Part shown: piece after piece, positions 34,635 through 44,132 of the stretch | Layout of the letters: each line of letters opens with the position of its first letter | Position numbering within the stretch: the stretch's first letter is position 1 | Virus record (IMG/VR): IMGVR_UViG_3300042524_000214 | Location: 38,663 to 102,662 of that record | Strand: one strand, 5' to 3' | DNA length: 64,000 nucleotides | Source of the DNA: a virus | Taxonomy: Duplodnaviria; Heunggongvirae; Uroviricota; Caudoviricetes | Program-made: the position numbers and the translations under genes | Notes under the pieces: model-generated | The model's database searches: none | What the model was told of the DNA's origin: nothing | What the model saw: the letters and a program-made list of their open reading frames with translations, nothing else

Positions 34635-35131
34635 TTATAGGTTCAACAGCTATCAAACATTATTATCCGGATTTTCCAAGAGAGCCTAAAGATTTAGACT
34701 TTGCTGTCATGCCGGGAGAAAAGTTTGAGAAAAAAGGTGGTGTAGAGTACTTAGAGAACTCTGTTATCCACGAGTATCAAGACCAAGGGTACTTGAAGCC
34801 GGGGTTGATGATTTCTTTGAAAGCTTCTCACATGTTTTGGGACAATAATTGGGATAAACATTTGTTTGACATTCAGTTTCTTTTGAAGAAAGGTTATAGC
34901 TTTGACTATGAATTAATAGATAAGTTAGTTCCATATTGGGAAAAAATTCTTCCGGGAGTTAGAAGAAGCCAATTAGAGTCAAGCAAAGATGACTTTTTTA
35001 CCAATGCTGTCAACGAAGATACAGAAGAGCATGATTATCTTCACACTCTGATTAACCCGGTGCCGATGTACACAAGACTCTTAAAAGATGGTTGTGAGGT
35101 AGAGTTAGATGAGTTGAAGTGGTGGTATTGA
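34625..35131 (+). CDS. hypothetical protein; a downstream +1-frame ORF continuation lacks a start codon
   Basis: 168-aa ORF; 78 further sense codons in the +1 frame at 35133-35367 with no ATG. Confidence 0.45.
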   Translation: MAIIIGSTAIKHYYPDFPREPKDLDFAVMPGEKFEKKGGVEYLENSVIHEYQDQGYLKPGLMISLKASHMFWDNNWDKHLFDIQFLLKKGYSFDYELIDKLVPYWEKILPGVRRSQLESSKDDFFTNAVNEDTEEHDYLHTLINPVPMYTRLLKDGCEVELDELKWWY

Positions 35132-35388
35132 TGCCTTTGCTCACGAAGATTTTTACAGAGATGAGTTAGATTTAGGACTAATTGAAGACGTAGATTCTTA
35201 CGGTGGGGAAGGTCAAGGAGAGCGTTGGTGGGTAACTAGACACTTTGTTGACCACGATGTTTACATTAAAACTAGAGGTTTTTACTCTTCTTACAATGGT
35301 GTTGATTTTGATTATGGTATTGGCGAAGTGGTTAAACCGGTTCAGAAGACGATAACGGTTTTTGAATAATTTAACCTATTTGCAAATT

Positions 35389-35420
35389 TGCTAGATTAGT
35401 AGTATCTTTGCATTAATAAA
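35389..35420 (+). promoter_or_regulatory. sigma-A promoter (-33 TTTG 35389, -7 TATCTTTG 35413-35420) upstream of nrdBA
   Basis: consensus, 20-nt spacing. Confidence 0.55.
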
Positions 35421-35434
35421 TTTCAGCACCCCTT

Positions 35435-35469
35435 TTTCAGGATTGGGGTGCTTTTTTTTCCAAAATAAT
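35435..35469 (+). terminator. terminator/attenuator hairpin in the nrd leader
   Basis: AGCACCCC-TTTTTCAGGATT-GGGGTGCT followed by TTTTTTTT, between the -7 box and the nrdB ATG. Confidence 0.5.
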
Positions 35470-35485
35470 TAAAAAATAATTAACC

Positions 35486-36463
35486 ATGAGCATCTTTGTA
35501 GAAAGAAAAAATTACAAGCCATTCGAGTATAATGGCATCACAGACCCCCTCATCAACGCAATGTGGGCGAGTCACTGGACTCATAACGAGTTCAACTTCT
35601 TGAATGATATTCAAGACTATAAAACAAAATTATCCCCGGAGGAACAAGAAGTAATCAAGAGAGCAATCTTATTAACTTCACAAGTAGAAGTAGCGGTAAA
35701 ATCCTATTGGTCTAGTATAGGTAAACTTTTACCAAAGCCGGAAATAGCAGACATGGGGGCTGTATTCGGAGGAGTTGAAGTAATTCACTCAAAAGCATAC
35801 GCAGAGATTTTATCTAAGTTAGGGTTAGAAGACCAGTTTAATGACATTTTTAACGAGCCGGTTGTTGTTGGGAGAGTAAACTACTTGTCGAAGTACATCA
35901 ACAAGATTTACAAAAATGACCACAAGAACATTTGTTATTCATTAGTACTTTTCACACTATTTACTGAGTACACAGCATTGTTCTCTCAGTTTTATACTAT
36001 CTTAGGGTTCAACAGATTTAGAGGTGTTTTGAAAGACGTTGCAAATGTTGTTCAGTACACATCAAAGGAAGAGAATTTACATGCTGAGGGAGGGATTGCT
36101 TTACTTAACCAAATCAGAGCAGAGCACCCGGAATTGTTTGACGAAGAATTTATCCAAAAAATTCAAGACGAAGTACAAGAAGCTTTCAAAGCTGAGTCAG
36201 ACTTGATTGATTGGATTTTAGAGGGGTATCAAAATGAGTTTTTGTCCCCGGAAATATTGAAAGGGTACATCAAAATTAGATTGAATGACTCTTTAGTGAA
36301 GATTGGGATGGAGCCGGCATTTGAAGTGGAGCCGGAGATAAGACAAAAAACATTGTGGATGGAAGAAGAGGTTTACGCAAGTGCCTTGACTGATTTCTTT
36401 CACAAGAAGCCTATTGATTATTCAAAGAAAATGAAAGCATATAACGAAGACGAGTTATTTTAA
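35486..36463 (+). CDS. nrdB: ribonucleotide reductase small (beta) subunit, class I
   Basis: 325 aa ferritin-like R2 pattern (EVIHSKAY, FTEYTALFSQF, EENLHAEGG); immediately upstream of nrdA. Confidence 0.8.
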   Translation: MSIFVERKNYKPFEYNGITDPLINAMWASHWTHNEFNFLNDIQDYKTKLSPEEQEVIKRAILLTSQVEVAVKSYWSSIGKLLPKPEIADMGAVFGGVEVIHSKAYAEILSKLGLEDQFNDIFNEPVVVGRVNYLSKYINKIYKNDHKNICYSLVLFTLFTEYTALFSQFYTILGFNRFRGVLKDVANVVQYTSKEENLHAEGGIALLNQIRAEHPELFDEEFIQKIQDEVQEAFKAESDLIDWILEGYQNEFLSPEILKGYIKIRLNDSLVKIGMEPAFEVEPEIRQKTLWMEEEVYASALTDFFHKKPIDYSKKMKAYNEDELF

Positions 36464-36464
36464 G

Positions 36465-38111
36465 ATGAAAAATTATTATTGGTTAAACGAGGATTCTAGA
36501 AAGTTTCTAGGAAAAGATTACTTACTTCCGGGAGTTACACCGGAGGCACGTATTAGAGAGATTGCCGAAACCGCTGAGAAAATCTTAGGTATTGAAGGCT
36601 TTGCAGACAAATTTGAAGGGTATATGTCTAGAGGGTTTTTCTCTTTGGCTACACCGGTTTGGATGAACTTTGGGTTAGACCGAGGACTACCAATTTCTTG
36701 TTATGGTATTGACATACAAGATGACACCATGGATATTTTAAGAGCGACAGCAGAGATTGGTGCCCTTACAAAAATGGGTGGCGGTACTGCCGGTTACTTC
36801 GGTAAATTAAGAGGACGAGGAGCACCTATCAGAAACAACGGAGTTTCTAACGGAGCAGTTAGTTTCTTATTACCATTTCAAACTACAACAGATGTTATTA
36901 CCCAAGGGCAAGCACGTAGAGGATACTTTGCTGCTTATCTACCGGTTGACCACCCGGACATCGAGGAGTTTTTACAATGCCGAGAAGAGGGAAATGTTAT
37001 CCAAAACATAGCACTAGGAGTTTGTATTTCAGATGAGTGGATGGAAGCGGTAGAAGCCGGAGACAAAGACAAAAGAAAGATTTTAGCTAAGATACACCAA
37101 AAGAGAGCTGAGTCAGGATTTCCTTATATCTTCTTTACCGGGAATGTAAACAAAAACAAACCTAAAGTTTACAAAGACAAAGAGATGGAAATTAACCATT
37201 CTCAGATGTGTACAGAGATTTTAGAATATACAGATGAGTTCAAGTCATTTGTTTGCTGTTTGTCTTCTTTGAACCTTTTACATTGGGACGAGATTGTTGA
37301 AACAGATGCAGTAGAAACTTTGGCTTTCTTCTTAGATGCAGTTTATTCTGAATTTATTGAAAAAACAGAGGGTATTCCTTTTATGGAAAAAGCTTTATTG
37401 TTTGCCAAAGAGCATAGAAGTATCGGATTAGGTGTTCTAGGATGGCACAGTTTATTGCAGTCTAAGCTAATTCCTTTTGAAGGATTAGAGGCTAAGATGT
37501 TGAACGCTGAGATATTCAGAACGATTAATGATAAAAGTTTGATTGCTAGTATGCAGTTGGCTACTATGTTTGGGGAGCCAAAAATGTTGGAAGGATATGG
37601 ACAAAGATTTACTACTAGGTTGGCAATTGCCCCTACAACTAGTTCTTCTTTCATTCTTGGACAAGTTAGTCCGAGTATTGAGCCATTAGAGTCTAATTAC
37701 TTTATCAAAGATTTAGCCAAAGGGAAATTTGTTTATAGAAACCCTTATTTGAAACAGCTATTGAAAGATAAATCACAAGACTCCCCGGAAGTTTGGAATA
37801 GTATTTTATTAAAGGGTGGCTCAGTACAGCACCTAGATTTCTTAGACGAAAGAGAAAAAGGAGTATTCAAAACATTTGGGGAAATCAGCCAATTAGAAAT
37901 TATACAGCAAGCTGCTCAAAGACAAAAATTTATTGACCAAGGACAATCGTTAAATTTGATGATTCATCCGGATGTTCCATTAAAAGAAGTTAACGCTTTA
38001 TTTTATGAGGCATGGAAACTTGGGATTAAAACCTTATATTACCAGCGTAGTGTGAATATGGCTCAACAAGTCTCTAGGGATTTAATGAACTGTAGTTCAT
38101 GTGAAGCGTAA
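36465..38111 (+). CDS. nrdA: ribonucleotide reductase large (alpha) subunit, short form lacking ATP cone
   Basis: Active-site CCLSSLNL (C...S.N) and AIAPTTSSS segments; C-terminal CSSCEA cysteine pair; 548 aa. Confidence 0.8.
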   Translation: MKNYYWLNEDSRKFLGKDYLLPGVTPEARIREIAETAEKILGIEGFADKFEGYMSRGFFSLATPVWMNFGLDRGLPISCYGIDIQDDTMDILRATAEIGALTKMGGGTAGYFGKLRGRGAPIRNNGVSNGAVSFLLPFQTTTDVITQGQARRGYFAAYLPVDHPDIEEFLQCREEGNVIQNIALGVCISDEWMEAVEAGDKDKRKILAKIHQKRAESGFPYIFFTGNVNKNKPKVYKDKEMEINHSQMCTEILEYTDEFKSFVCCLSSLNLLHWDEIVETDAVETLAFFLDAVYSEFIEKTEGIPFMEKALLFAKEHRSIGLGVLGWHSLLQSKLIPFEGLEAKMLNAEIFRTINDKSLIASMQLATMFGEPKMLEGYGQRFTTRLAIAPTTSSSFILGQVSPSIEPLESNYFIKDLAKGKFVYRNPYLKQLLKDKSQDSPEVWNSILLKGGSVQHLDFLDEREKGVFKTFGEISQLEIIQQAAQRQKFIDQGQSLNLMIHPDVPLKEVNALFYEAWKLGIKTLYYQRSVNMAQQVSRDLMNCSSCEA

Positions 38112-38145
38112 TTAGTTGTTATTTTATATTATTTTTTAGTTTTTA

Positions 38146-38172
38146 ACCTCCCAGAAATGGGGGGTTTTTTTA
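38146..38172 (+). terminator. intrinsic terminator after nrdA
   Basis: ACCTCCC-AGAAAT-GGGGGG followed by TTTTTTT. Confidence 0.6.
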
Positions 38173-38198
38173 TTTAGTTAAAAATAGTTTAACTTTTT

Positions 38199-38230
38199 CT
38201 TGCGTATGTTAAAGATTAGTTATATCTTTG
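38199..38230 (+). promoter_or_regulatory. sigma-A promoter (-33 TTG 38199, -7 TATCTTTG 38223-38230)
   Basis: consensus. Confidence 0.5.
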
Positions 38231-38256
38231 CAAAGTGAAATTAGAACATTAAAAAT

Positions 38257-38535
38257 ATGAATACAAAACTAGCAATACAAAAGCACATAGAAAAACACGA
38301 AGCTACAAACAAGATGTACCCCAATAGGTATAAAGAGATACACAAAGCTCCTTGTAAGAACTGCCCAAGTATTATAGACAAACTTAATGGAGTAGTTGAC
38401 CCGGAGGTAGAAGATACAAAGATGTTGCCGAGAGAACAGCAAATCAAAACTGTTTTTGCTTGTGGTTGGAGACCCTCAAAGTTGTGTAAAGGTTATTGTG
38501 ATGAGTTTAACATTAAAGAAGAAGATTTAGTATGA
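38257..38535 (+). CDS. hypothetical Cys-containing protein
   Basis: 92-aa ORF. Confidence 0.45.
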   Translation: MNTKLAIQKHIEKHEATNKMYPNRYKEIHKAPCKNCPSIIDKLNGVVDPEVEDTKMLPREQQIKTVFACGWRPSKLCKGYCDEFNIKEEDLV

Positions 38536-38738
38536 AAAATTTAGTATTGATTTTTATGGGGGTTTTAGTAATGTCTTGCTCCTCAGTTGAAGAAAGAATA
38601 AAAGATTACTCTTATACAGATGAGTGGCACTATGTAAACACCGAAAGGTACCAATTGTATAAAACAAAAGCCGGTAAAAAGTACATCATAGTGCTTAACA
38701 ATAGACAAACTAATTTTAAACGTAAATACATTAACTAG
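38532..38738 (+). CDS. small lipoprotein
   Basis: MKNLVLIFMGVLVMSCSS lipobox-type signal. Confidence 0.45.
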   Translation: MKNLVLIFMGVLVMSCSSVEERIKDYSYTDEWHYVNTERYQLYKTKAGKKYIIVLNNRQTNFKRKYIN

Positions 38739-38739
38739 T

Positions 38740-38943
38740 ATGAAAAATACAAATCCTAAAATAAATCCATTACTTATAGATGAAATGGGTCATTGGGATT
38801 TTCCAAGACCTAAGACATATAGTGAGGAGGATATGAGAAGTATGTACGACAAATCTTGTGGATTAATTGGGTTAGGTGAACTTGATGACCAAACTGAAAA
38901 TGATAATAGATTCAGAGAATTACTAGAGCAAGTTAAAAAATAG
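38740..38943 (+). CDS. hypothetical protein
   Basis: 67-aa ORF. Confidence 0.4.
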   Translation: MKNTNPKINPLLIDEMGHWDFPRPKTYSEEDMRSMYDKSCGLIGLGELDDQTENDNRFRELLEQVKK

Positions 38944-38947
38944 AATT

Positions 38948-39304
38948 ATGAAAGGGATGACACTAGAACAATTTGCAGAGATTACTCGCTTTGTTCAAAA
39001 ATACCACGGATTTGCAAAGGCAAACTGTTTCAAAGAAGGTAAAGTAGAAGAGGCAATATCTGAGGGTATTTCTCCGGAGATGGCAGAATACGGTTTGAAC
39101 ATAAAATATGTCAGATGTGACTACGATACTAGGTTCGGAGATATTTGGGGGATTACACTAGATAATGTAAGATTTGCCACAAATCATTTTAACGCTTTTA
39201 ATAAGCCCCCTAAACAGTGGAAGTACGACAATATATACGACCTAGCAATGGCGTATCTAAAAGGAGAGTTTAAACCCAAAAAAGAATTCTACATTGAGCG
39301 ATAA
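38948..39304 (+). CDS. hypothetical protein
   Basis: 118-aa ORF. Confidence 0.5.
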   Translation: MKGMTLEQFAEITRFVQKYHGFAKANCFKEGKVEEAISEGISPEMAEYGLNIKYVRCDYDTRFGDIWGITLDNVRFATNHFNAFNKPPKQWKYDNIYDLAMAYLKGEFKPKKEFYIER

Positions 39305-39381
39305 AGAAAACAAAGTTCCATACTACAAATGGTGTTATGGAAAGTTTATTTTAGTAGGTTATGTAACAAAAGATAAAAAAG

Positions 39382-39987
39382 ATGGTAAATAATTTTGAAC
39401 AAATCAAAAAAATGCTTAACTTTGCATCCGAAGATGATTTCTATCATTTGCAAATCATAAAGCGTAAGAAGGAACACCCGGAATTAGGAAGCAACAGTTA
39501 TGTAGTAAAAACATACTATATAAGCTCTGTGGAGTATTTAGAAAAGAAAAAGGATGAGATTATCAACCTATGTGAGTTTCATAATGCTAGAGGTTGTATT
39601 AACTTAAATAGACGGTCTTTTGAGAAGATTGCTTTTCACGCTATGCAGAAAGTAGCTAATCAGTTGATGAACCGTGATTTTAGGTCTGTTAGAAAAGCTT
39701 ATGACTCTGTTTGTGGTGCCAATTCAAGTGAGCCTAACAAGAAGTGGATTATCGACATTGATAATGTTTCGGTAGATGCTATGGCACACGATAAAAACAT
39801 ACAAAAGATGATAGACCGTATAGTGGAATTACAATCTCAAACAGGTAAAGAGCCTTATTTGGCATCTGTAAGAACAAAAAGTGGGTTCCATTTAATATCC
39901 ATACCTTTTAGACTAGATACTTTTTGTGAAGAGTATCCGGGAATAGATATTCACAAAGATAATCCAACAATTTTATACGTTAAGTAA
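39382..39987 (+). CDS. hypothetical protein
   Basis: 201-aa ORF. Confidence 0.5.
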   Translation: MVNNFEQIKKMLNFASEDDFYHLQIIKRKKEHPELGSNSYVVKTYYISSVEYLEKKKDEIINLCEFHNARGCINLNRRSFEKIAFHAMQKVANQLMNRDFRSVRKAYDSVCGANSSEPNKKWIIDIDNVSVDAMAHDKNIQKMIDRIVELQSQTGKEPYLASVRTKSGFHLISIPFRLDTFCEEYPGIDIHKDNPTILYVK

Positions 39988-39989
39988 TT

Positions 39990-40517
39990 ATGTACAAATT
40001 TAATTCAGATAAGTTAATTTATGAAAAAGTTAACGTTAGAAAGTATATCGGGATGATAGTACTTTCTTTTATAACAGTTTTTGTTTTGAGTTCTTTTATG
40101 TTAAAGGAAGTCATATTTGTTAGAGCAGAAAAAGAAATTGTGTTAAAGACAGATGACAGTTTTTCTAAAGAGAAGTTATTTTTAGAGATAGATAAATATT
40201 CTTTCAAGTACCCCGATATTGTTAAAGCACAAGCTGTAGTAGAAAGTGGGCATTTTAAATCCCCGGTTTTCAAACAAAACAATAATATGTTTGGTATGAG
40301 AGAAGCAATGATTAGAATAAGCACAGCAGAAGGCTCAAATTTGAATCATGCGTATTATGTTGATTGGAAGTATTGTGTGGCTGACAGAGCCTTATATGAA
40401 GCACAGTACCTATCTAAACTTAGTAGAGAAGAATACTTTTCTTATTTAGACCAAACTTACGCTGAGGGAAAGGGTTATAGTAAATTATTAAAACAAGTAA
40501 TACAAAAAAATGATTAG
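39990..40517 (+). CDS. membrane-anchored peptidoglycan hydrolase (glucosaminidase / FlgJ-like domain); endolysin candidate
   Basis: N-terminal TM segment MIVLSFITVFVLSSFML; AQAVVESGHFKSPVFKQNNNMFGMR matches the Glucosaminidase motif (AQAalESgwGkS...NNlFGi). Confidence 0.55.
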   Translation: MYKFNSDKLIYEKVNVRKYIGMIVLSFITVFVLSSFMLKEVIFVRAEKEIVLKTDDSFSKEKLFLEIDKYSFKYPDIVKAQAVVESGHFKSPVFKQNNNMFGMREAMIRISTAEGSNLNHAYYVDWKYCVADRALYEAQYLSKLSREEYFSYLDQTYAEGKGYSKLLKQVIQKND

Positions 40518-40773
40518 AGTTATGAAAATATCAGTGGAGTTTTTTTCAAAAATAGAACATGACAAGTTACTGCACTTTTTTTATGGGACATTAATATCTT
40601 TTCCTCTAATACTATTTTTTGGTAACATAGGATTTTTAATTAGCCTAGTAATATTTGCAGCAAAAGAGATTGTGTACGATAAGATAATGGCAAAAGGGAA
40701 TGCTGACATAATGGATTTTTTATATTCAGCACTCCCGGCAATTATGTTTTTAATCCTTAAAAATTATATATGA
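40510..40773 (+). CDS. putative holin (2-3 TM small membrane protein)
   Basis: 87 aa with hydrophobic segments LISFPLILFFGNIGFLISLVIFAA and ALPAIMFLIL, directly downstream of the lysin. Confidence 0.4.
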   Translation: MIRVMKISVEFFSKIEHDKLLHFFYGTLISFPLILFFGNIGFLISLVIFAAKEIVYDKIMAKGNADIMDFLYSALPAIMFLILKNYI

Positions 40774-40982
40774 CATTCACGCTAAGCTTAGATGAAAAAA
40801 GGGATTACGATTGGGCGTGCAAAGTCATGCTATCTTGTAGAACAAAGGAACAAAATGATAATGCTTTTGAATTAGTTACTTTGTTTTATAAAAAACACGA
40901 AAACTTAACAATGACAGGTTCTCTAATGAACTTATCAACAGAAGTAGAACAAAAAATAAAATTAAATGAAATTACAAATTAA
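40770..40982 (+). CDS. hypothetical protein
   Basis: 70-aa ORF. Confidence 0.4.
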   Translation: MTFTLSLDEKRDYDWACKVMLSCRTKEQNDNAFELVTLFYKKHENLTMTGSLMNLSTEVEQKIKLNEITN

Positions 40983-41673
40983 CAACAAACAGAATATATT
41001 TTTCTGTTCAGACCCCCATTACGGACATGCCGGCATTGTCCGGGGGACTTCCACTTGGGAAGGTAAAAGAGGATGCCGAGATTTTGATACTCTTGAAGAG
41101 CACGACCAAGCTTTAATAGACGGAATAAACAAAACTGTTGGAGAAGATGACATTTTGTTCTGCCTCGGGGATTGGAGTTTTGGTGGTTATAAAAATGGGG
41201 ATAATGTAAGTAATATAAAAAAATTCCGTGAACAAATTATATGCAAAAATGTACACTTGGTACTTGGGAATCACGATACGGAGATTGCTAAAAACAAGAA
41301 CGGGGAGAAGGAGTTATTTTCTTCTGTAAACCCTTATTTAGAAGTGTTGATTGTTGACCAACCAAAAGAGCAGAATGAGGTACCATTGAGATATAATCTT
41401 GTACTTTGCCATTATGCTATGCGAGTTTGGAATAAGTCTTTCCGTGGTTCATGGATGCTTTATGGGCACAGCCACGGTAACTTAGACGAGTTCACACCAT
41501 TGACAGCTAACCCCGATTGGATTGGCGACCAATACTACACCAAAAGTTACAGAACTATGGATGTGGGTTTTGATGGTCATCCAGAATTTAGACCTTATAG
41601 CTTTCAAGAGCTGAAAGAAATTATGCAAAGAAGAAACGTAACAATAGAAGTTGACCACCATAACGGAGAATAG
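40966..41673 (+). CDS. calcineurin-like metallophosphoesterase
   Basis: SDPHYGH (DxH), GDWSFGG (GDxxD), LVLGNHD (GNHD/E), CHYAM. Confidence 0.65.
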   Translation: MKLQINNKQNIFFCSDPHYGHAGIVRGTSTWEGKRGCRDFDTLEEHDQALIDGINKTVGEDDILFCLGDWSFGGYKNGDNVSNIKKFREQIICKNVHLVLGNHDTEIAKNKNGEKELFSSVNPYLEVLIVDQPKEQNEVPLRYNLVLCHYAMRVWNKSFRGSWMLYGHSHGNLDEFTPLTANPDWIGDQYYTKSYRTMDVGFDGHPEFRPYSFQELKEIMQRRNVTIEVDHHNGE

Positions 41674-41674
41674 T

Positions 41675-42367
41675 ATGAAAGTAGAATTAGTTAGTATGAC
41701 CCAAGGGGTAGGAAAGTATGAGGGGTTAACCTCAGAGGAGATTGTAGCAGCTATTGCTAGGCACGGTGTTATTAAAGAGGACAACGGTAAACTTGTAAAG
41801 TATTTGATGTCGAATGCACATTGGAGTCCTCTGGACATGATTAATTTTACGTTTGAGTTTGAAACGAGCCGAGATATTGGAAGACAGATTTTGAGACACC
41901 AATCAATCAAGTTCCAAGAGCATAGCACAAGATACTCAGATAGAGTTCAATTTGAGCCTATTGAATTACGTAAAGAGGATACAGTGAATAGACAAAGTAG
42001 TACAGAAGTATTTGACCCTCCTATGTGTCCTTTTTCAAACCCTTGGACTGGGGAAGATGAAGGAGATGCTTTTCCTGCTAGTATTTTGATAGATGGATTC
42101 TTGAAAGACGTTGAGGAGTTCTATGATAGATTAATAAAACTAGGTGTTGCCAAAGAATGTGCTCGTAAGATTTTACCGGGCTGTTTAACTACTACTATGA
42201 GTGCTAATGGTACTTTGAGAAGTTGGTTAGCTTTTTTGAATGTTCGTTGCGACCATCATGCAGAAAAGGAGATACAAGAACTTGCTTATGAAATTGGTAA
42301 GATTTTAGAAAATGAGATGCCGGGTGTATTTGGTTACATTAGATGGCGTGAAGGAATGTTCATGTAA
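41675..42367 (+). CDS. thyX: flavin-dependent thymidylate synthase ThyX
   Basis: RQILRHQSIKFQEHSTRYSD matches the ThyX RHR-x7-S motif; ORF track start 41651 is TTG, first ATG at 41675. Confidence 0.75.
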   Translation: MKVELVSMTQGVGKYEGLTSEEIVAAIARHGVIKEDNGKLVKYLMSNAHWSPLDMINFTFEFETSRDIGRQILRHQSIKFQEHSTRYSDRVQFEPIELRKEDTVNRQSSTEVFDPPMCPFSNPWTGEDEGDAFPASILIDGFLKDVEEFYDRLIKLGVAKECARKILPGCLTTTMSANGTLRSWLAFLNVRCDHHAEKEIQELAYEIGKILENEMPGVFGYIRWREGMFM

Positions 42368-42894
42368 TGATACAACAGAAGAAAAAGATTTGTAAGAACT
42401 GTCAGACAGAGCAATATATTTTTTCAAAAGGTAGGTGCCAAAGATGTGCAACAATAGAAGATAGTAAGCCCCTGAAAAGGGGTACTACTATTAAGAAGCA
42501 GACCGAGAAAAACAAGGTGCATCGCAAATCGCAATCTGCGATACGAGATGTCTATTTTGATTACCATATCCGTAACTGTAGGAGTTCGGAGCATAGTGGT
42601 ACTATTATCTTTTTTCCTACTAGAGCTAATTGTTGTCATCTTTTTGACAAAGCCCGGCATCCAAGCGTACAAGGCAATTTAATAAACTGTATTTACTTGA
42701 CTTTGGATGAGCATACTAGATTTGACCAGTTATTGTATAGTAATGAATTTGATAAGCTAGAAGAAGAATTCCCAAATGCTTGGGCATCTGCTAGAGGTAG
42801 AATGAGATTATTATTACCGGTAGTAAAAGAAGAAACAAAATTTAAAAATAAGTTTGAGAAATGGATACAATCAAAACAGTCAGAGATAGACTAA
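42367..42894 (+). CDS. zinc-ribbon protein (possible NinG/HNH-like; uncertain)
   Basis: CKNCQ...CQRC N-terminal pair; later NCCHLF...DEH; 175 aa. Confidence 0.4.
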   Translation: MIQQKKKICKNCQTEQYIFSKGRCQRCATIEDSKPLKRGTTIKKQTEKNKVHRKSQSAIRDVYFDYHIRNCRSSEHSGTIIFFPTRANCCHLFDKARHPSVQGNLINCIYLTLDEHTRFDQLLYSNEFDKLEEEFPNAWASARGRMRLLLPVVKEETKFKNKFEKWIQSKQSEID

Positions 42895-43008
42895 ATCATG
42901 TAAAGTCAGATTTGGCTACATTGAAACAGCCAAAGATGGGTAAGAGTCATTTTGATAGTCTTAGAATATGGAACTTGGAGCAAGAAAAAAAAGTTTTAGA
43001 AGAAAAGC

Positions 43009-43038
43009 TTGTGGAATTAAAAAACAATTTGTAACTTT
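43009..43038 (+). promoter_or_regulatory. sigma-A promoter (-33 TTG 43009, -7 TAACTTTG 43031-43038)
   Basis: consensus, 19-nt spacing. Confidence 0.5.
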
Positions 43039-43054
43039 GCAAAAAAATAAAATT

Positions 43055-43270
43055 ATGAGAAAATTTTTAAAATACATATATGTATTACAAGAAGTACCTA
43101 ATAAAGACAAAAAACTAGGTCATGGATTTTCAACTGCAATAAGATTAAATCCTTATAACCCATTAGGTTATTTAACTATTATTATTGCACTTGTTATTGG
43201 GATTTTAATGTTTGGATTTGTTGGTTTTTGGAAAGAGACTGATTTAAGTAATCCTTTCAAATGGAGTTAA
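43055..43270 (+). CDS. small membrane protein
   Basis: ORF track 42968 spans the promoter; ATG at 43055 (MRKFLKYIY...) with a C-terminal TM segment. Confidence 0.45.
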   Translation: MRKFLKYIYVLQEVPNKDKKLGHGFSTAIRLNPYNPLGYLTIIIALVIGILMFGFVGFWKETDLSNPFKWS

Positions 43271-43290
43271 CAATTTAAAAAAATAAGATT

Positions 43291-43584
43291 ATGAAATCAA
43301 TAAGATTATCAAACAATACTTATGTGCATGTGTTTTTACACCATATAAACGTATCTTTAGAGGAAGCAGTTGTTTCTAGTGAAACTTGGGAATTCCCGGA
43401 CTTTAAGAAAATGGCTAATGACTATATTGATGCTTTGGAAGAACACGATTGTGTAGCTTTTTTAGAAGAGCTTCATAAAGCAACTGCCCAAAGAATTGTA
43501 AGACATTGGGAAGAGTTTGCTCCAAACCAATTAGAAGAAGAACGAAATAAACAATACCTAAAATTTACAGAATGCGAGGAATAG
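43291..43584 (+). CDS. hypothetical protein
   Basis: 97-aa ORF. Confidence 0.45.
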   Translation: MKSIRLSNNTYVHVFLHHINVSLEEAVVSSETWEFPDFKKMANDYIDALEEHDCVAFLEELHKATAQRIVRHWEEFAPNQLEEERNKQYLKFTECEE

Positions 43585-44129
43585 TAAAAAAAGATGAAGA
43601 GAGTAACTTCATAGTAGTTTATTCAAGAGAGTGTGTAGAAGATTCAGAAGCTGTAATCAGAGTTTCTTGCAAACTAATGCCTAATTATGGGCATTTTAGA
43701 GACGGAGATACTATAGAGTTTGAATTAATTGAGTTTGCTCAAGAGGACGGTAGTTTTAGTACCTATGCCAAACCTTACTTAACAGTAAACCCACACATAG
43801 CAAAAGTAATTAGCACAAAAGAGGAAAGTAAAATGAAAATAGTTTTATCAGAGCATTGTTTTGGAAGTGGTGTCTATGTTAATGGGATAGACTTGGCAGA
43901 AACAGAAGAGGGTTTATTTGACCCAACTGCACAAAGAGATGCTCGTGGAGCCATTCTCCTTGAGATTATGCAGAATATGGATAATTTACCAAGTTACCAT
44001 TGGAACGAACTAGTACAAATGGCAGTTCAAAATAACCCAAGGTATGAGGAAAACAAAGAAGAAAGTTACCACGATACTTGCGAGCAATGTGGAAATTGGA
44101 ATAGTAGTATAGAATATAACAAAAAGTAA
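43572..44129 (+). CDS. hypothetical protein
   Basis: 185-aa ORF. Confidence 0.5.
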   Translation: MRGIVKKDEESNFIVVYSRECVEDSEAVIRVSCKLMPNYGHFRDGDTIEFELIEFAQEDGSFSTYAKPYLTVNPHIAKVISTKEESKMKIVLSEHCFGSGVYVNGIDLAETEEGLFDPTAQRDARGAILLEIMQNMDNLPSYHWNELVQMAVQNNPRYEENKEESYHDTCEQCGNWNSSIEYNKK

Positions 44130-44132
44130 AAG

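Noticed and set aside
41651-41674. Upstream TTG start for thyX from the ORF track
   Set aside because: TTG lies inside the preceding gene. The first ATG at 41675 follows the upstream stop in the usual TAGTATG context.
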